From positions 64,001 through 128,000 of the forward strand of contig CAWGZR010000003.1 of NCBI GenBank assembly GCA_963827165.1: DNA of 64,000 nt, written 5' to 3'. The translations under genes were made by a program, and so were the position numbers. Positions within the stretch are counted from its first letter, which is position 1; each line of letters begins with the position of its first letter. Below, piece by piece: positions 48,548-57,050 of this stretch. This stretch comes from Candidatus Bathyarchaeota archaeon (GTDB taxonomy: Archaea; Thermoproteota; Bathyarchaeia; Bathyarchaeales; Bathycorpusculaceae). Below the pieces are notes generated by a model, which was not told the DNA's origin, did not search any database, and worked only from the letters and a program-made list of their open reading frames with translations.

Positions 48548-49014
48548 TGATACTTGAAATCCTTTCAATCGGTATAATAATATCAGCGTGCTTCGCCCTG
48601 TTCCTCGATGAAGTAGTATATTCTGTTGCGGCATTCGCAGTAACTTTTATGTTCACAGCCCTGCTTTACTGGGTAAACGGCTCAACTTACGCGGCGATCT
48701 TCCAGTTTGCCGTTGGTGTAGGCACATTAGCTATTCTGTTTCTGTCAGGAGAAATGCTTGGCGACAAGGGGGTGAAGAAGACCTCGCCTGAGAAACTTGC
48801 TGCTCTGCTCGGAATAGGCGTTGTTTTGTCTTTGCCTGCGCTTTTTATTTCGGTTTCTGGTTCAGGCGGATCTTATGGCGTTTCCACCGCCAGCTTCGGT
48901 GACTCGCTTTGGAACCTAAATGGGCTGGACGTTGTATTGCAGGCTTTAGTTCTTTTGACGGTGGCATTGGGTATCGCAATTATCTTGTATGAACGCAAGA
49001 AAGGTGCTCTATAA
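48547..49014 (+). CDS. nuoJ: NuoJ-like membrane subunit
   Basis: VYS.......LY.......A.FQ..V.VG.L.IL; G..LW......V....LVLL.VA.G.A; position between I and K. Confidence 0.8.
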   Translation: MILEILSIGIIISACFALFLDEVVYSVAAFAVTFMFTALLYWVNGSTYAAIFQFAVGVGTLAILFLSGEMLGDKGVKKTSPEKLAALLGIGVVLSLPALFISVSGSGGSYGVSTASFGDSLWNLNGLDVVLQALVLLTVALGIAIILYERKKGAL

Positions 49015-49334
49015 TGGACTTCGTTGTTCTTTCAATTGTTATCTTGTCAATCGGCGTCTTCGGTTTACTGACTAATCGTCAACTCATCAAAGTGTTCATT
49101 TCCATAGAGTTAATCGCTGTCGGCGCCACCTTGAACTTCGTTATGCTTACCACCTCTGCGGGACAGGGGCTGGGACAAGCATTCTTGATTCTCGCATTCT
49201 CCACCGACACAGCAGTCAGCGCGGTAATTCTGGCGTTGCTTGTTATAGTGTCAAAAAAGTATGGAACAAGCGACATAAGCCAAATCATCAAGTCAATGGG
49301 AGAAAAAGCTGAAACAGAGGCTGAAACACAATGA
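49014..49334 (+). CDS. nuoK: NuoK-like membrane subunit
   Basis: IG.FGL...R.LIK..ISIELI...LNF, GQ.F. Confidence 0.88.
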   Translation: MDFVVLSIVILSIGVFGLLTNRQLIKVFISIELIAVGATLNFVMLTTSAGQGLGQAFLILAFSTDTAVSAVILALLVIVSKKYGTSDISQIIKSMGEKAETEAETQ

Positions 49335-51283
49335 CCTTCGACATAACTGAGTTTTCCGCATGGGCAGTTTGGGTTCTACCGTTAATAGCATGCCTATTTG
49401 TTCCAGTTATCGCTAAGAAAGGCGACAAAATCCGCAATTACTTTGTTATCGGCATCATGTCTGTTGTCGCTGGCTTGGCTTTTTCGCTTGTGCCTGGCGT
49501 CTGGTTCGGAAGCGGGAAAGCTATCAACTACACGATAAGCTGGATTCCCAGCACCGTGAGCGCAGGCGTCTACATTGACCCACTAAGCGTATTATTCGTG
49601 TGTCTCGTCGCCTTCTTCGGCTTAATCATCGCCGTTTACTCTTGGGGTTACATGAAGGGCGAAGAAGGGTTAACCCGGTATTATTTCCTAATAATGCTTT
49701 TTATCGGTTCAATGGCGGGCTTAGTAATTTCTGATAATCTGCTTCAATTGTTTATTTTCTGGGAGATGGTGGGGCTCTGCTCCTACGCTTTAATTGCCTT
49801 CTGGTGGAAACGTCCCGAGTCGGTTAATGCAGGTGTTAAAGTTTTCATCATGACTCGCATCGGCGACATATCACTCTTAGCCGCCATAGGCATATTGTAC
49901 GCTGGTCCGATCATCAATGGTCAAGCGCCACTCTACACTTTCAGCTTCTCGGGCATAATAACCGCCCTTACAAACGCGGCTCACGCTCAAACCCTCAATA
50001 CAGGACTCTTAGTTACAGTTTTCTTCCTCGTTTTAGGCGGCGCAATTGCCAAATCAGCTCAATTCCCACTGTTCACCTGGCTATACAGCGCGATGGAAGC
50101 TCCAACCTCCGTAAGCGCTCTTCTACACGCTGCCACAATGGTTAAGGCAGGCGTTTATCTTCTTGCAAGATTTATCCTCATAGCCACAGTTGCAACACCT
50201 CTAATTATTGCGCTTCAACCACTCTGGTTCCCAACGGTTGCATGGATAGGCGTCATAACAGCGCTCATTGGCGCCACGCTGGCCATAACTACCACTGACA
50301 TTAAAGGAGTCCTCGCCTACTCAACAGTCAGCCAAATCGGCTTCATGATGGCCGGGTTAGGCGCGGCAACTGCAGGCGCAGTATCCGTCGGCTGGTTCGC
50401 CAGCTTGTTCCACATGGTTAGCCACGCTTTCTTCGAAGGCCTCGGATTCCTTATAGCAGGAGGCATTATACACGCGATCGGTACAAGAGATATGCGGCTG
50501 ATGGGCGGCTTACGAAAATACATGCCCGCTTCATTCATTCTTCTAGGTATAATGATTATCACCACGAGCGGTTTACCACCGTTCGCTGCATTCTTCAGCA
50601 AAGGCTTGATTATCACAAGTGTAACGAGCGCGAGCGTGGTACAGGGGATCCTGCTTTACGGAGCCGCAATTATAACTTTTGCTTACTGCATACGCATGTT
50701 CAGCTTAGTATTCATGGGTACCCCATCAGACCATATAAAGAAGCAACACGTACATGAAATGCCTAAAGTCATGCTTGTTCCCGCAGCAGTTCTGACGGCT
50801 TTGTGTTTCATTTGGGGTCTGTCGATGACGGGAATATTAGATTTCATGTCGAAATCAGCCATAACTGCAGGCTTAAGCAGCCTTAACATTTCGCTGTTAG
50901 GATCATTTGATGTTGTAGAACTGATATTCCTGGCGCTGCTCATTCCGACGTTTCTGCTGCTTTACTGGAGTTACTTCAAGAACTTTCTCGGCGTTAGAAA
51001 CGTTGGCGGCGGATCAAATCCCTTCGCGACGATGCTAAAACATGCCTACTTTGTTGATGACGCCTACTACGCATTTGCAAAAGGGCTCGGAAAACTCAGC
51101 ATAGGAGTAAAATACATTGAAGATTCAGCTAACAAGCTTAGTGTTAGCTTTGTCTATGGAACCGAACGCGCTGCTAATAGACTTAAAAAAGTGCCGTCGA
51201 CAACCATCCAAAACTACATCGCTGCAGGCATCGTCGGCTTCATACTAATCGTAATTCTAATTGTGTTAACAGTGGGGGTCTAA
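49331..51283 (+). CDS. nuoL: NuoL/MrpA-like antiporter subunit with C-terminal extension
   Basis: FWEMVGLCSY.LI, KSAQFPL..WL..AMEAPT.VSALLHAATMVKAG, FFSK; long C-terminus with final TM. Confidence 0.92.
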   Translation: MTFDITEFSAWAVWVLPLIACLFVPVIAKKGDKIRNYFVIGIMSVVAGLAFSLVPGVWFGSGKAINYTISWIPSTVSAGVYIDPLSVLFVCLVAFFGLIIAVYSWGYMKGEEGLTRYYFLIMLFIGSMAGLVISDNLLQLFIFWEMVGLCSYALIAFWWKRPESVNAGVKVFIMTRIGDISLLAAIGILYAGPIINGQAPLYTFSFSGIITALTNAAHAQTLNTGLLVTVFFLVLGGAIAKSAQFPLFTWLYSAMEAPTSVSALLHAATMVKAGVYLLARFILIATVATPLIIALQPLWFPTVAWIGVITALIGATLAITTTDIKGVLAYSTVSQIGFMMAGLGAATAGAVSVGWFASLFHMVSHAFFEGLGFLIAGGIIHAIGTRDMRLMGGLRKYMPASFILLGIMIITTSGLPPFAAFFSKGLIITSVTSASVVQGILLYGAAIITFAYCIRMFSLVFMGTPSDHIKKQHVHEMPKVMLVPAAVLTALCFIWGLSMTGILDFMSKSAITAGLSSLNISLLGSFDVVELIFLALLIPTFLLLYWSYFKNFLGVRNVGGGSNPFATMLKHAYFVDDAYYAFAKGLGKLSIGVKYIEDSANKLSVSFVYGTERAANRLKKVPSTTIQNYIAAGIVGFILIVILIVLTVGV

Positions 51284-51286
51284 AAA

Positions 51287-52885
51287 ATGACGATAGCTCT
51301 TCTCTCTGTATTCCTAATTCCAGCCATAAGCATACCTTTCGTTTATTTAGTCGGCAAGAAATCCGCGAAGTGGGCAGCAATCTTTGTAGCTTTAATCTCG
51401 CTAGTCAACATCTTGCTGGTTTCAACCACTATACCGACGATTCTAAACAGCGTCTCGCACCGCTACGTTGAATCTTACAATTGGTTCAGCACCGGAAGCA
51501 TCTCGGTGTCTTTCACTTTGTTCACTGATGGCATCAGTGCGTCAATAGCTCTCGTCAGCCTCGCCCTAATCCTGGTAGCAGCCATCTTCTCAATAAACTA
51601 CATGAGTGGCAAAAAACACCTAGCCGTCTACTACGCGCTCCTCGCAATGCTCTCTGTTGGCATGGTCGGAGTCTTCATTACATCCAACTTCATCCTCTTT
51701 TATCTCTGCTGGGAGCTGATGCTTGTTCCAGCGTACTTCATAGTCGGCGAATGGGGCTACAAAGACAGCTACAAGCAAGCATTCAAACTGTTCATTTGGA
51801 CTCACGCAGGAGCCGTCTTCGTCCTCCTGGGTCTCGGAGCAATATACATTTTCTCAGGAAACTCAGACATGTTCGCAGCACAAGCCTGGCTTGTCAACAA
51901 TGCGGCGGGCACGAGCTGGGTTCAGTGGGTACTCATCGCCTTAACCGCAGGATTCGCCGTCAAAATGGCTGTTATCCCAGTGCACATGTGGCTGCCCGAC
52001 GCCCACTCTGAAGCTCCAGCGCCAATGTCCGCGCTGCTCAGCGGAGTCATCATCAGCGCGGGAGCTTATGCAATTTTGCGTCTCTCTTTAGGAATGGTTT
52101 TCCCTGCAGTAAACATTACTTTTGGCACAAACTTTCTGCACGCCCTGTCTATAGTAGGCATCCTCTCTGCGTTTTTCGGCTCACTTATCGCTTTGGTTTC
52201 AACCGACATAAAACGGCTTATAGCTTACTCAAGCATCGCCCATATGGGCTACATAATGTTCGGGCTATCACTTTTCCCAGCTAACGCAGCTGCAGGAACA
52301 GTTGTGCTTCTGTCCTCAGCCATCGCAATTACCGGAACTGTTCTGCATATCATCAGCCACGCATTAAGCAAGGGGCTTCTCTTCCTTAGCGCAGGCGGCA
52401 TTATGCATCAAACGGAAAAGCGTGACATCCGCAAGATGGGTGGCTTAGCAAGCAAGATGCCTTTCACAGCGGTATCGTCAATGATTGCGGCTTTAAGCAT
52501 TGGTGGAGCACCGCCTTTTGCGTGTTTCATCAGTGAATTCTTGATTTTCGTCGGAGCCTTCGATGTGATGCGTGTTGACTCCTTCTACATCATACCCACA
52601 GCGCTCATGCTCGTAGCGACAGTGCTTTCACTCGCTTACATGCTGAGATTTGTTTCGATGATTTTCTTTGGTGAACCCAAGGATGAAACCATGGAAGCCG
52701 CGGATGTGGAGGCTGTTGAAGCAACTAAACCCGATCATGTGCACAAAGTCCTTGATGTGCCAAACTACATTAAAGTGTCATTTGCGATCTTGGTGATTTT
52801 GGTTGTTCTCGTTGGAATTTACCCGACGTTCTTCATACATCTGATTCAAACAGTAAGCATGGGCGGACACGGAGGATTGAACTAA
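51287..52885 (+). CDS. nuoM: NuoM/MrpD-like antiporter subunit
   Basis: WELMLVP.YF, FAVK...PVH.WLPDAH.EAP, KRLIAYSSIAHMG, FISEF. Confidence 0.92.
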   Translation: MTIALLSVFLIPAISIPFVYLVGKKSAKWAAIFVALISLVNILLVSTTIPTILNSVSHRYVESYNWFSTGSISVSFTLFTDGISASIALVSLALILVAAIFSINYMSGKKHLAVYYALLAMLSVGMVGVFITSNFILFYLCWELMLVPAYFIVGEWGYKDSYKQAFKLFIWTHAGAVFVLLGLGAIYIFSGNSDMFAAQAWLVNNAAGTSWVQWVLIALTAGFAVKMAVIPVHMWLPDAHSEAPAPMSALLSGVIISAGAYAILRLSLGMVFPAVNITFGTNFLHALSIVGILSAFFGSLIALVSTDIKRLIAYSSIAHMGYIMFGLSLFPANAAAGTVVLLSSAIAITGTVLHIISHALSKGLLFLSAGGIMHQTEKRDIRKMGGLASKMPFTAVSSMIAALSIGGAPPFACFISEFLIFVGAFDVMRVDSFYIIPTALMLVATVLSLAYMLRFVSMIFFGEPKDETMEAADVEAVEATKPDHVHKVLDVPNYIKVSFAILVILVVLVGIYPTFFIHLIQTVSMGGHGGLN

Positions 52886-52886
52886 A

Positions 52887-54401
52887 ATGGTACAAGCTAT
52901 AGACGTTTTATTACCCATTATTACCCTTGTAATAGGTGCTCTCATAACTATCCCGCTTTTCAGATTAATACGGAAAAGCTCGAACCCAACTGCGCTTACT
53001 ACAGCCTGGTTTGTAGCAGTTTTCGCTATCACTGGGGCAACGGTAGCTAACCTTGCATTAAGCTACTACAGTCTTCCCTCGCCAGGTATCCTTAACTTCG
53101 GCTTAAACGGCACCACAAATCTGTTCTCAAGCGCCTTCATGGTCGACGCCATATCGATCTTTATGGCAATAATCGTCGTGGGACTCAGCGCCGTCGTCGT
53201 CCTCTACAGCGTTTTCAGCGTAGGTAACAATGAGCGACCTTCAGAAAGATACTTCGCCATTATGCTCATGACAACCGCCGGCTTGCTGGGCGCCGTCCTC
53301 GCAGGCGATCTCCTGACCCTCTTCATATTCTGGGAAGCAGCCACAGCAGGCGCAGCATTCCTGATGCTCTACAAGAAAAACGCGTTCAGCATCAACGCTA
53401 CCCTCAAGTACCTCATAATGATCATCATCGCCTCAGCCTTTGTGATTTTAGGCATATCAATCGTTTACGGCTTAACCGGAACCCTCAACTACATAGGCGT
53501 AGGCACAGTATTGCAAACTGTTGGCGCCAGCAATCACCTGCTCATTATAGCCTTCATATTTATCGCGGCAGGCTACGCAATTGAAGCCGCAATCGTTCCA
53601 TTCCATTTCTGGCTGCCCGACGCATACACAGCAGCCCCTGCTTCCTCCGCAACGTTCTTGTCAGCTCTTGTTGACCAGGGCAGCTACTATATTCTCATCC
53701 GAGTACTCTTGTACATCATAATTCCTAAGGGTCCAAACGCAGTTCTAGATTGGACACTTATGCTTGCCGCGTTGGCGTCTGTGACAATGATCGTCGGCAA
53801 CCTCTTCGCACTAATACAAACTAACGTAAAACGCTTAATTGCGTACATCTGCGTTGCAGACGTCGGCTACAACCTAGTAGCAATCTCAAGCGTGACCGCG
53901 CTGGGAATAACAAGCAACCTATACTTCTTCCTAATCGGCGGCATCACCACGGGACTCGCATTCATGGCAATCGGGGTCATCAACAGCCACGGCTTCACCA
54001 CCTTGGACGACATGTCAGGACTCGGAAAAAGAATGCCGCTTGTCTGCTTAGCCCTCGTAATGGCTAGCTTATCATTTGCAGGTGTCCCACCGTTCGGCGG
54101 CTTCCTAGCCAAATTCTTCGTCTTCAGCGCAGCAATCCAAGGCAACCTCGCATGGCTTGCAATCATCGGAATCATCACCAGCGTACTGCAAACCGCTTAC
54201 CTATTCCGCCTCATCTACGTGTTCTATGGAAAGAAACCCAAAGATGAAACATCCATAAAAGAGCCAAAACGCATCTTAGTCCCAATCTTCATAATGGCAG
54301 GCGTCCTAATACTCGTAGGCATCTACCCACAAATAGTTCTCAGCCTAATCCACCCAGTCGTTAACCAACTCAAAACATTCATACCCACACTGCCAACATA
54401 A
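52887..54401 (+). CDS. nuoN: NuoN/MrpD-like antiporter subunit
   Basis: A.LKY.I, VPFHFWLPDAY..AP, GNL.AL.QTNVKRL.AY, AGVPP.GGF.AKF. Confidence 0.9.
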   Translation: MVQAIDVLLPIITLVIGALITIPLFRLIRKSSNPTALTTAWFVAVFAITGATVANLALSYYSLPSPGILNFGLNGTTNLFSSAFMVDAISIFMAIIVVGLSAVVVLYSVFSVGNNERPSERYFAIMLMTTAGLLGAVLAGDLLTLFIFWEAATAGAAFLMLYKKNAFSINATLKYLIMIIIASAFVILGISIVYGLTGTLNYIGVGTVLQTVGASNHLLIIAFIFIAAGYAIEAAIVPFHFWLPDAYTAAPASSATFLSALVDQGSYYILIRVLLYIIIPKGPNAVLDWTLMLAALASVTMIVGNLFALIQTNVKRLIAYICVADVGYNLVAISSVTALGITSNLYFFLIGGITTGLAFMAIGVINSHGFTTLDDMSGLGKRMPLVCLALVMASLSFAGVPPFGGFLAKFFVFSAAIQGNLAWLAIIGIITSVLQTAYLFRLIYVFYGKKPKDETSIKEPKRILVPIFIMAGVLILVGIYPQIVLSLIHPVVNQLKTFIPTLPT

Positions 54402-54512
54402 GCTAAGACAAAACCACCAATTGAAAAAAGAAGGCACCAGTGCTATCCTACTGTTCTTCTTCCTTCAATTGCCTGCGTAACAATCGGCTACCCTTGCGCG
54501 AAAACAAAAAAG

Positions 54513-55754
54513 CTATTTTCTTATTTGCCCGCTGCCAAGAACAACATACTTTGTGGAGGTTAGGTGTTGTGCGCTCATGGGTCCTCTTGCATGGAGTTTT
54601 TGGGTGCTGATACCGATTTCCGCACCTAACCCAAACTGGTTGCCATCTGTGAATCTTGTTGAGGCGTTCCAGTAGACTGCGGCCGAATCGATTTCTTTTA
54701 TGAACCGCTTGGCTTTGTCAAAGTCCGTTGTTAGTATAGAGTCTGAATGGTGTGTTCCATACTTGTTGATGTGCTCTATGGCTTCGTCGAGGTCTTTGAC
54801 AACTTTGACGCCTATAATGAGGTCAAGGTACTCTGTGTACCAGTCCGTCTCAGTTGCGGCTTTCACGTCTGGAACTATCCTGCGGGTTTCGTCGTCGCCC
54901 CTAACCTCAACGCCTTTCTCTTTAAGGGCTGCAATCGCCTCTGGGAGGTAACGTTCAGCGATCTTGCTGTGAACCAGAAGTTTTTCAGCGGCATTGCATG
55001 TTCCAGGTCTTTGGCATTTCGCATTGATAACAATTGGTGTGGCTTTTGATAGGTCAGCGTCTTCTTCGACGTAAATGTGGCAGTTGCCCGTCCCAGTTTC
55101 AATAACTGGGATATGGGAAGTTTCAACCACCGTCTTGATCAGGTCTGCGCCGCCTCGGGGAATAAGAACATCAATGTATTCTCGCATCTGCATGAGCTCC
55201 TCAACAAATTGGCGATCAGCAGACTCCACTACCTGGACAGCGTCAACGGGCACTTGAGTTCCCATCAATGCGTCCCTTAGAACCTCGCCTATGGTGACAT
55301 TTGAGTTTAAGGCGTCAGAGCCTCCGCGTAGAATCACGGCGTTTCCCGATTTGATACAGATTCCCGCTGCGTCAGAGGTCACGTCGGGCCTTGACTCATA
55401 AATTATTCCGACAACTCCGAGAGGCACTCGAACTTGGCTGATGATCAGTCCGTTGGGGCGTGTCCACGTATTTAGGATTGTGCCAATTGGATCAGGCAAA
55501 GCAGAAACTTCGCGTAGACCCTTAGCCATAGCCTGAATCTTGCGTTGGTCAAGCAATAAACGATCAATCAACGCCGCCTTAAGCCCACTATGCATCGCAG
55601 CATCAACATCAGTTAAGTTGGCAACCAAAATCTTCTCAGCATTAGCTTCAAGCGCGTTTGCCATTCTGCACAGAGCGGTGTTCTTGGCTTCCGCCGTAAG
55701 CTTTGCCAATTCAACAGAGGCGGATTTGGCTTTTATGCACATTTCAGTTATCAT
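54513..55754 (-). CDS. proA: Gamma-glutamyl phosphate reductase
   Basis: VPLGVVGIIYESRP, PRGG, GNCHIY, CNAAE, NASTRFTDG..FG.GAEIGISTQKLHARGPM. Confidence 0.97.
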   Translation of the reverse strand: MITEMCIKAKSASVELAKLTAEAKNTALCRMANALEANAEKILVANLTDVDAAMHSGLKAALIDRLLLDQRKIQAMAKGLREVSALPDPIGTILNTWTRPNGLIISQVRVPLGVVGIIYESRPDVTSDAAGICIKSGNAVILRGGSDALNSNVTIGEVLRDALMGTQVPVDAVQVVESADRQFVEELMQMREYIDVLIPRGGADLIKTVVETSHIPVIETGTGNCHIYVEEDADLSKATPIVINAKCQRPGTCNAAEKLLVHSKIAERYLPEAIAALKEKGVEVRGDDETRRIVPDVKAATETDWYTEYLDLIIGVKVVKDLDEAIEHINKYGTHHSDSILTTDFDKAKRFIKEIDSAAVYWNASTRFTDGNQFGLGAEIGISTQKLHARGPMSAQHLTSTKYVVLGSGQIRK

Positions 55755-56880
55755 TTTTTTCTTCCCCGATCAGATGGATATTCCTATGCTCCACTGCTTC
55801 TTTAGGCTTATCAGAACCAAGTTTCTGCTGGACGTCAGTTACTTGACATCCTTTAATCAAGCTTAATTCTCCGCTCGAAAAATTAGGGTTGCCTTTGGCG
55901 AACTCAACCTTGCATTCATCCATGATACTGACGACGTCGCCGACATTGAACTGTCCCACAACACTGATTATGCCTACTGGCAGGAGACTTGAGCCTTCAA
56001 GAATCGCTTTCTTTGCTCCTGCGTTTACCTGGATTTCCCCTTTGACGGCGGCTCCGTAAGCTATCCAACGTTTAACCGCGGACAGAGGGTTTTGAGGCTT
56101 GAAGAATGTGCCAACGTCTTTTCCGGCTATAATGTCCAAGATGACGTTTTCCCGCCGGCTGTTGGCTATAACCATTGGGATGCCGCAGGAAGTTGCGATT
56201 TCAGCGGCTTTGATTTTGCTTTGTATGCCGCCTCTGCCCAGCTTGCTTTTCCCGTTTAGCGAGCTTTTGAGTTCAGGCGTTATTGCTTCAACCGTTTTTA
56301 TCAGTTGTGCGCCGGGCTCCTGAGGGTCTGCGGTGAATAAGCCGTCTACGTCTGATAGTATGATAATCATGTCTGCGCCCATCGCGTTGGCCACCAAAAC
56401 TGAGAGGATGTCGTTGTCGCTGAAGTTTACTCTGTAACCTTCTTTTTGCCGCAGCTCAGCTACGGATGTCACATCGTTCTCATTGATGATTGGGATAACA
56501 CCCGTCTTGAGAAGCATATTGAGCACGTTACATGTGTGCACGTAAGATGCCCTGTTTGAAAGATCTTCAGCGGTAAGCAGAATCTGCGCAGCCTTTAGTC
56601 CGTGTGATTTGAAGAGTTCACGGTATTTAGCCATCAAAACGCTTTGACCTGTTGCGGCTGCAGCCTGCTGAAACACAATGTCGTTGGGTTTGGGAGGGAT
56701 TCCAAGTTCCGCGATGCCCGCTGCAACAGCACCTGAAGTTACAAGGACAACTTTGTCGCCCTGCTTCGTTGCTTCCGCTATTTGACTGGTTAGTTTATGC
56801 ATTTCTTCTTGGTCAAGGTTTCCCTCAACGGTTGTTATGCCGCTGGTTCCAACCTTAACAACTATCAATCTTGAAGGCAT
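55744..56880 (-). CDS. proB: Glutamate 5-kinase with PUA domain
   Basis: VVKVGTS, VTSGAVAAG, INEND, FSDND.L, G.GG..SKI.AA, PUA C-terminus. Confidence 0.96.
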   Translation of the reverse strand: MPSRLIVVKVGTSGITTVEGNLDQEEMHKLTSQIAEATKQGDKVVLVTSGAVAAGIAELGIPPKPNDIVFQQAAAATGQSVLMAKYRELFKSHGLKAAQILLTAEDLSNRASYVHTCNVLNMLLKTGVIPIINENDVTSVAELRQKEGYRVNFSDNDILSVLVANAMGADMIIILSDVDGLFTADPQEPGAQLIKTVEAITPELKSSLNGKSKLGRGGIQSKIKAAEIATSCGIPMVIANSRRENVILDIIAGKDVGTFFKPQNPLSAVKRWIAYGAAVKGEIQVNAGAKKAILEGSSLLPVGIISVVGQFNVGDVVSIMDECKVEFAKGNPNFSSGELSLIKGCQVTDVQQKLGSDKPKEAVEHRNIHLIGEEKNDN

Positions 56881-57050
56881 CGGGTAATCACTTTTAAAGG
56901 ATGAATTGAGATAGGCGGCGGTTCCTTAAAAATGCAACCAAATTAGCACCTCAAAAACTAGTTTTTTTTGAAGAAATTTCTTGTTTATACATGGCGTTGG
57001 TCAAACATATTAGAAAAACATATAAGGAAAATGGTCATGGCTTGTAGAAC

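Noticed and set aside
44637-54401. Calling the operon NADH:quinone oxidoreductase or Fpo
   Set aside because: No NuoEFG or FpoF here, and the Ni-ligating CxxC pairs plus the small-subunit CxxC are retained.
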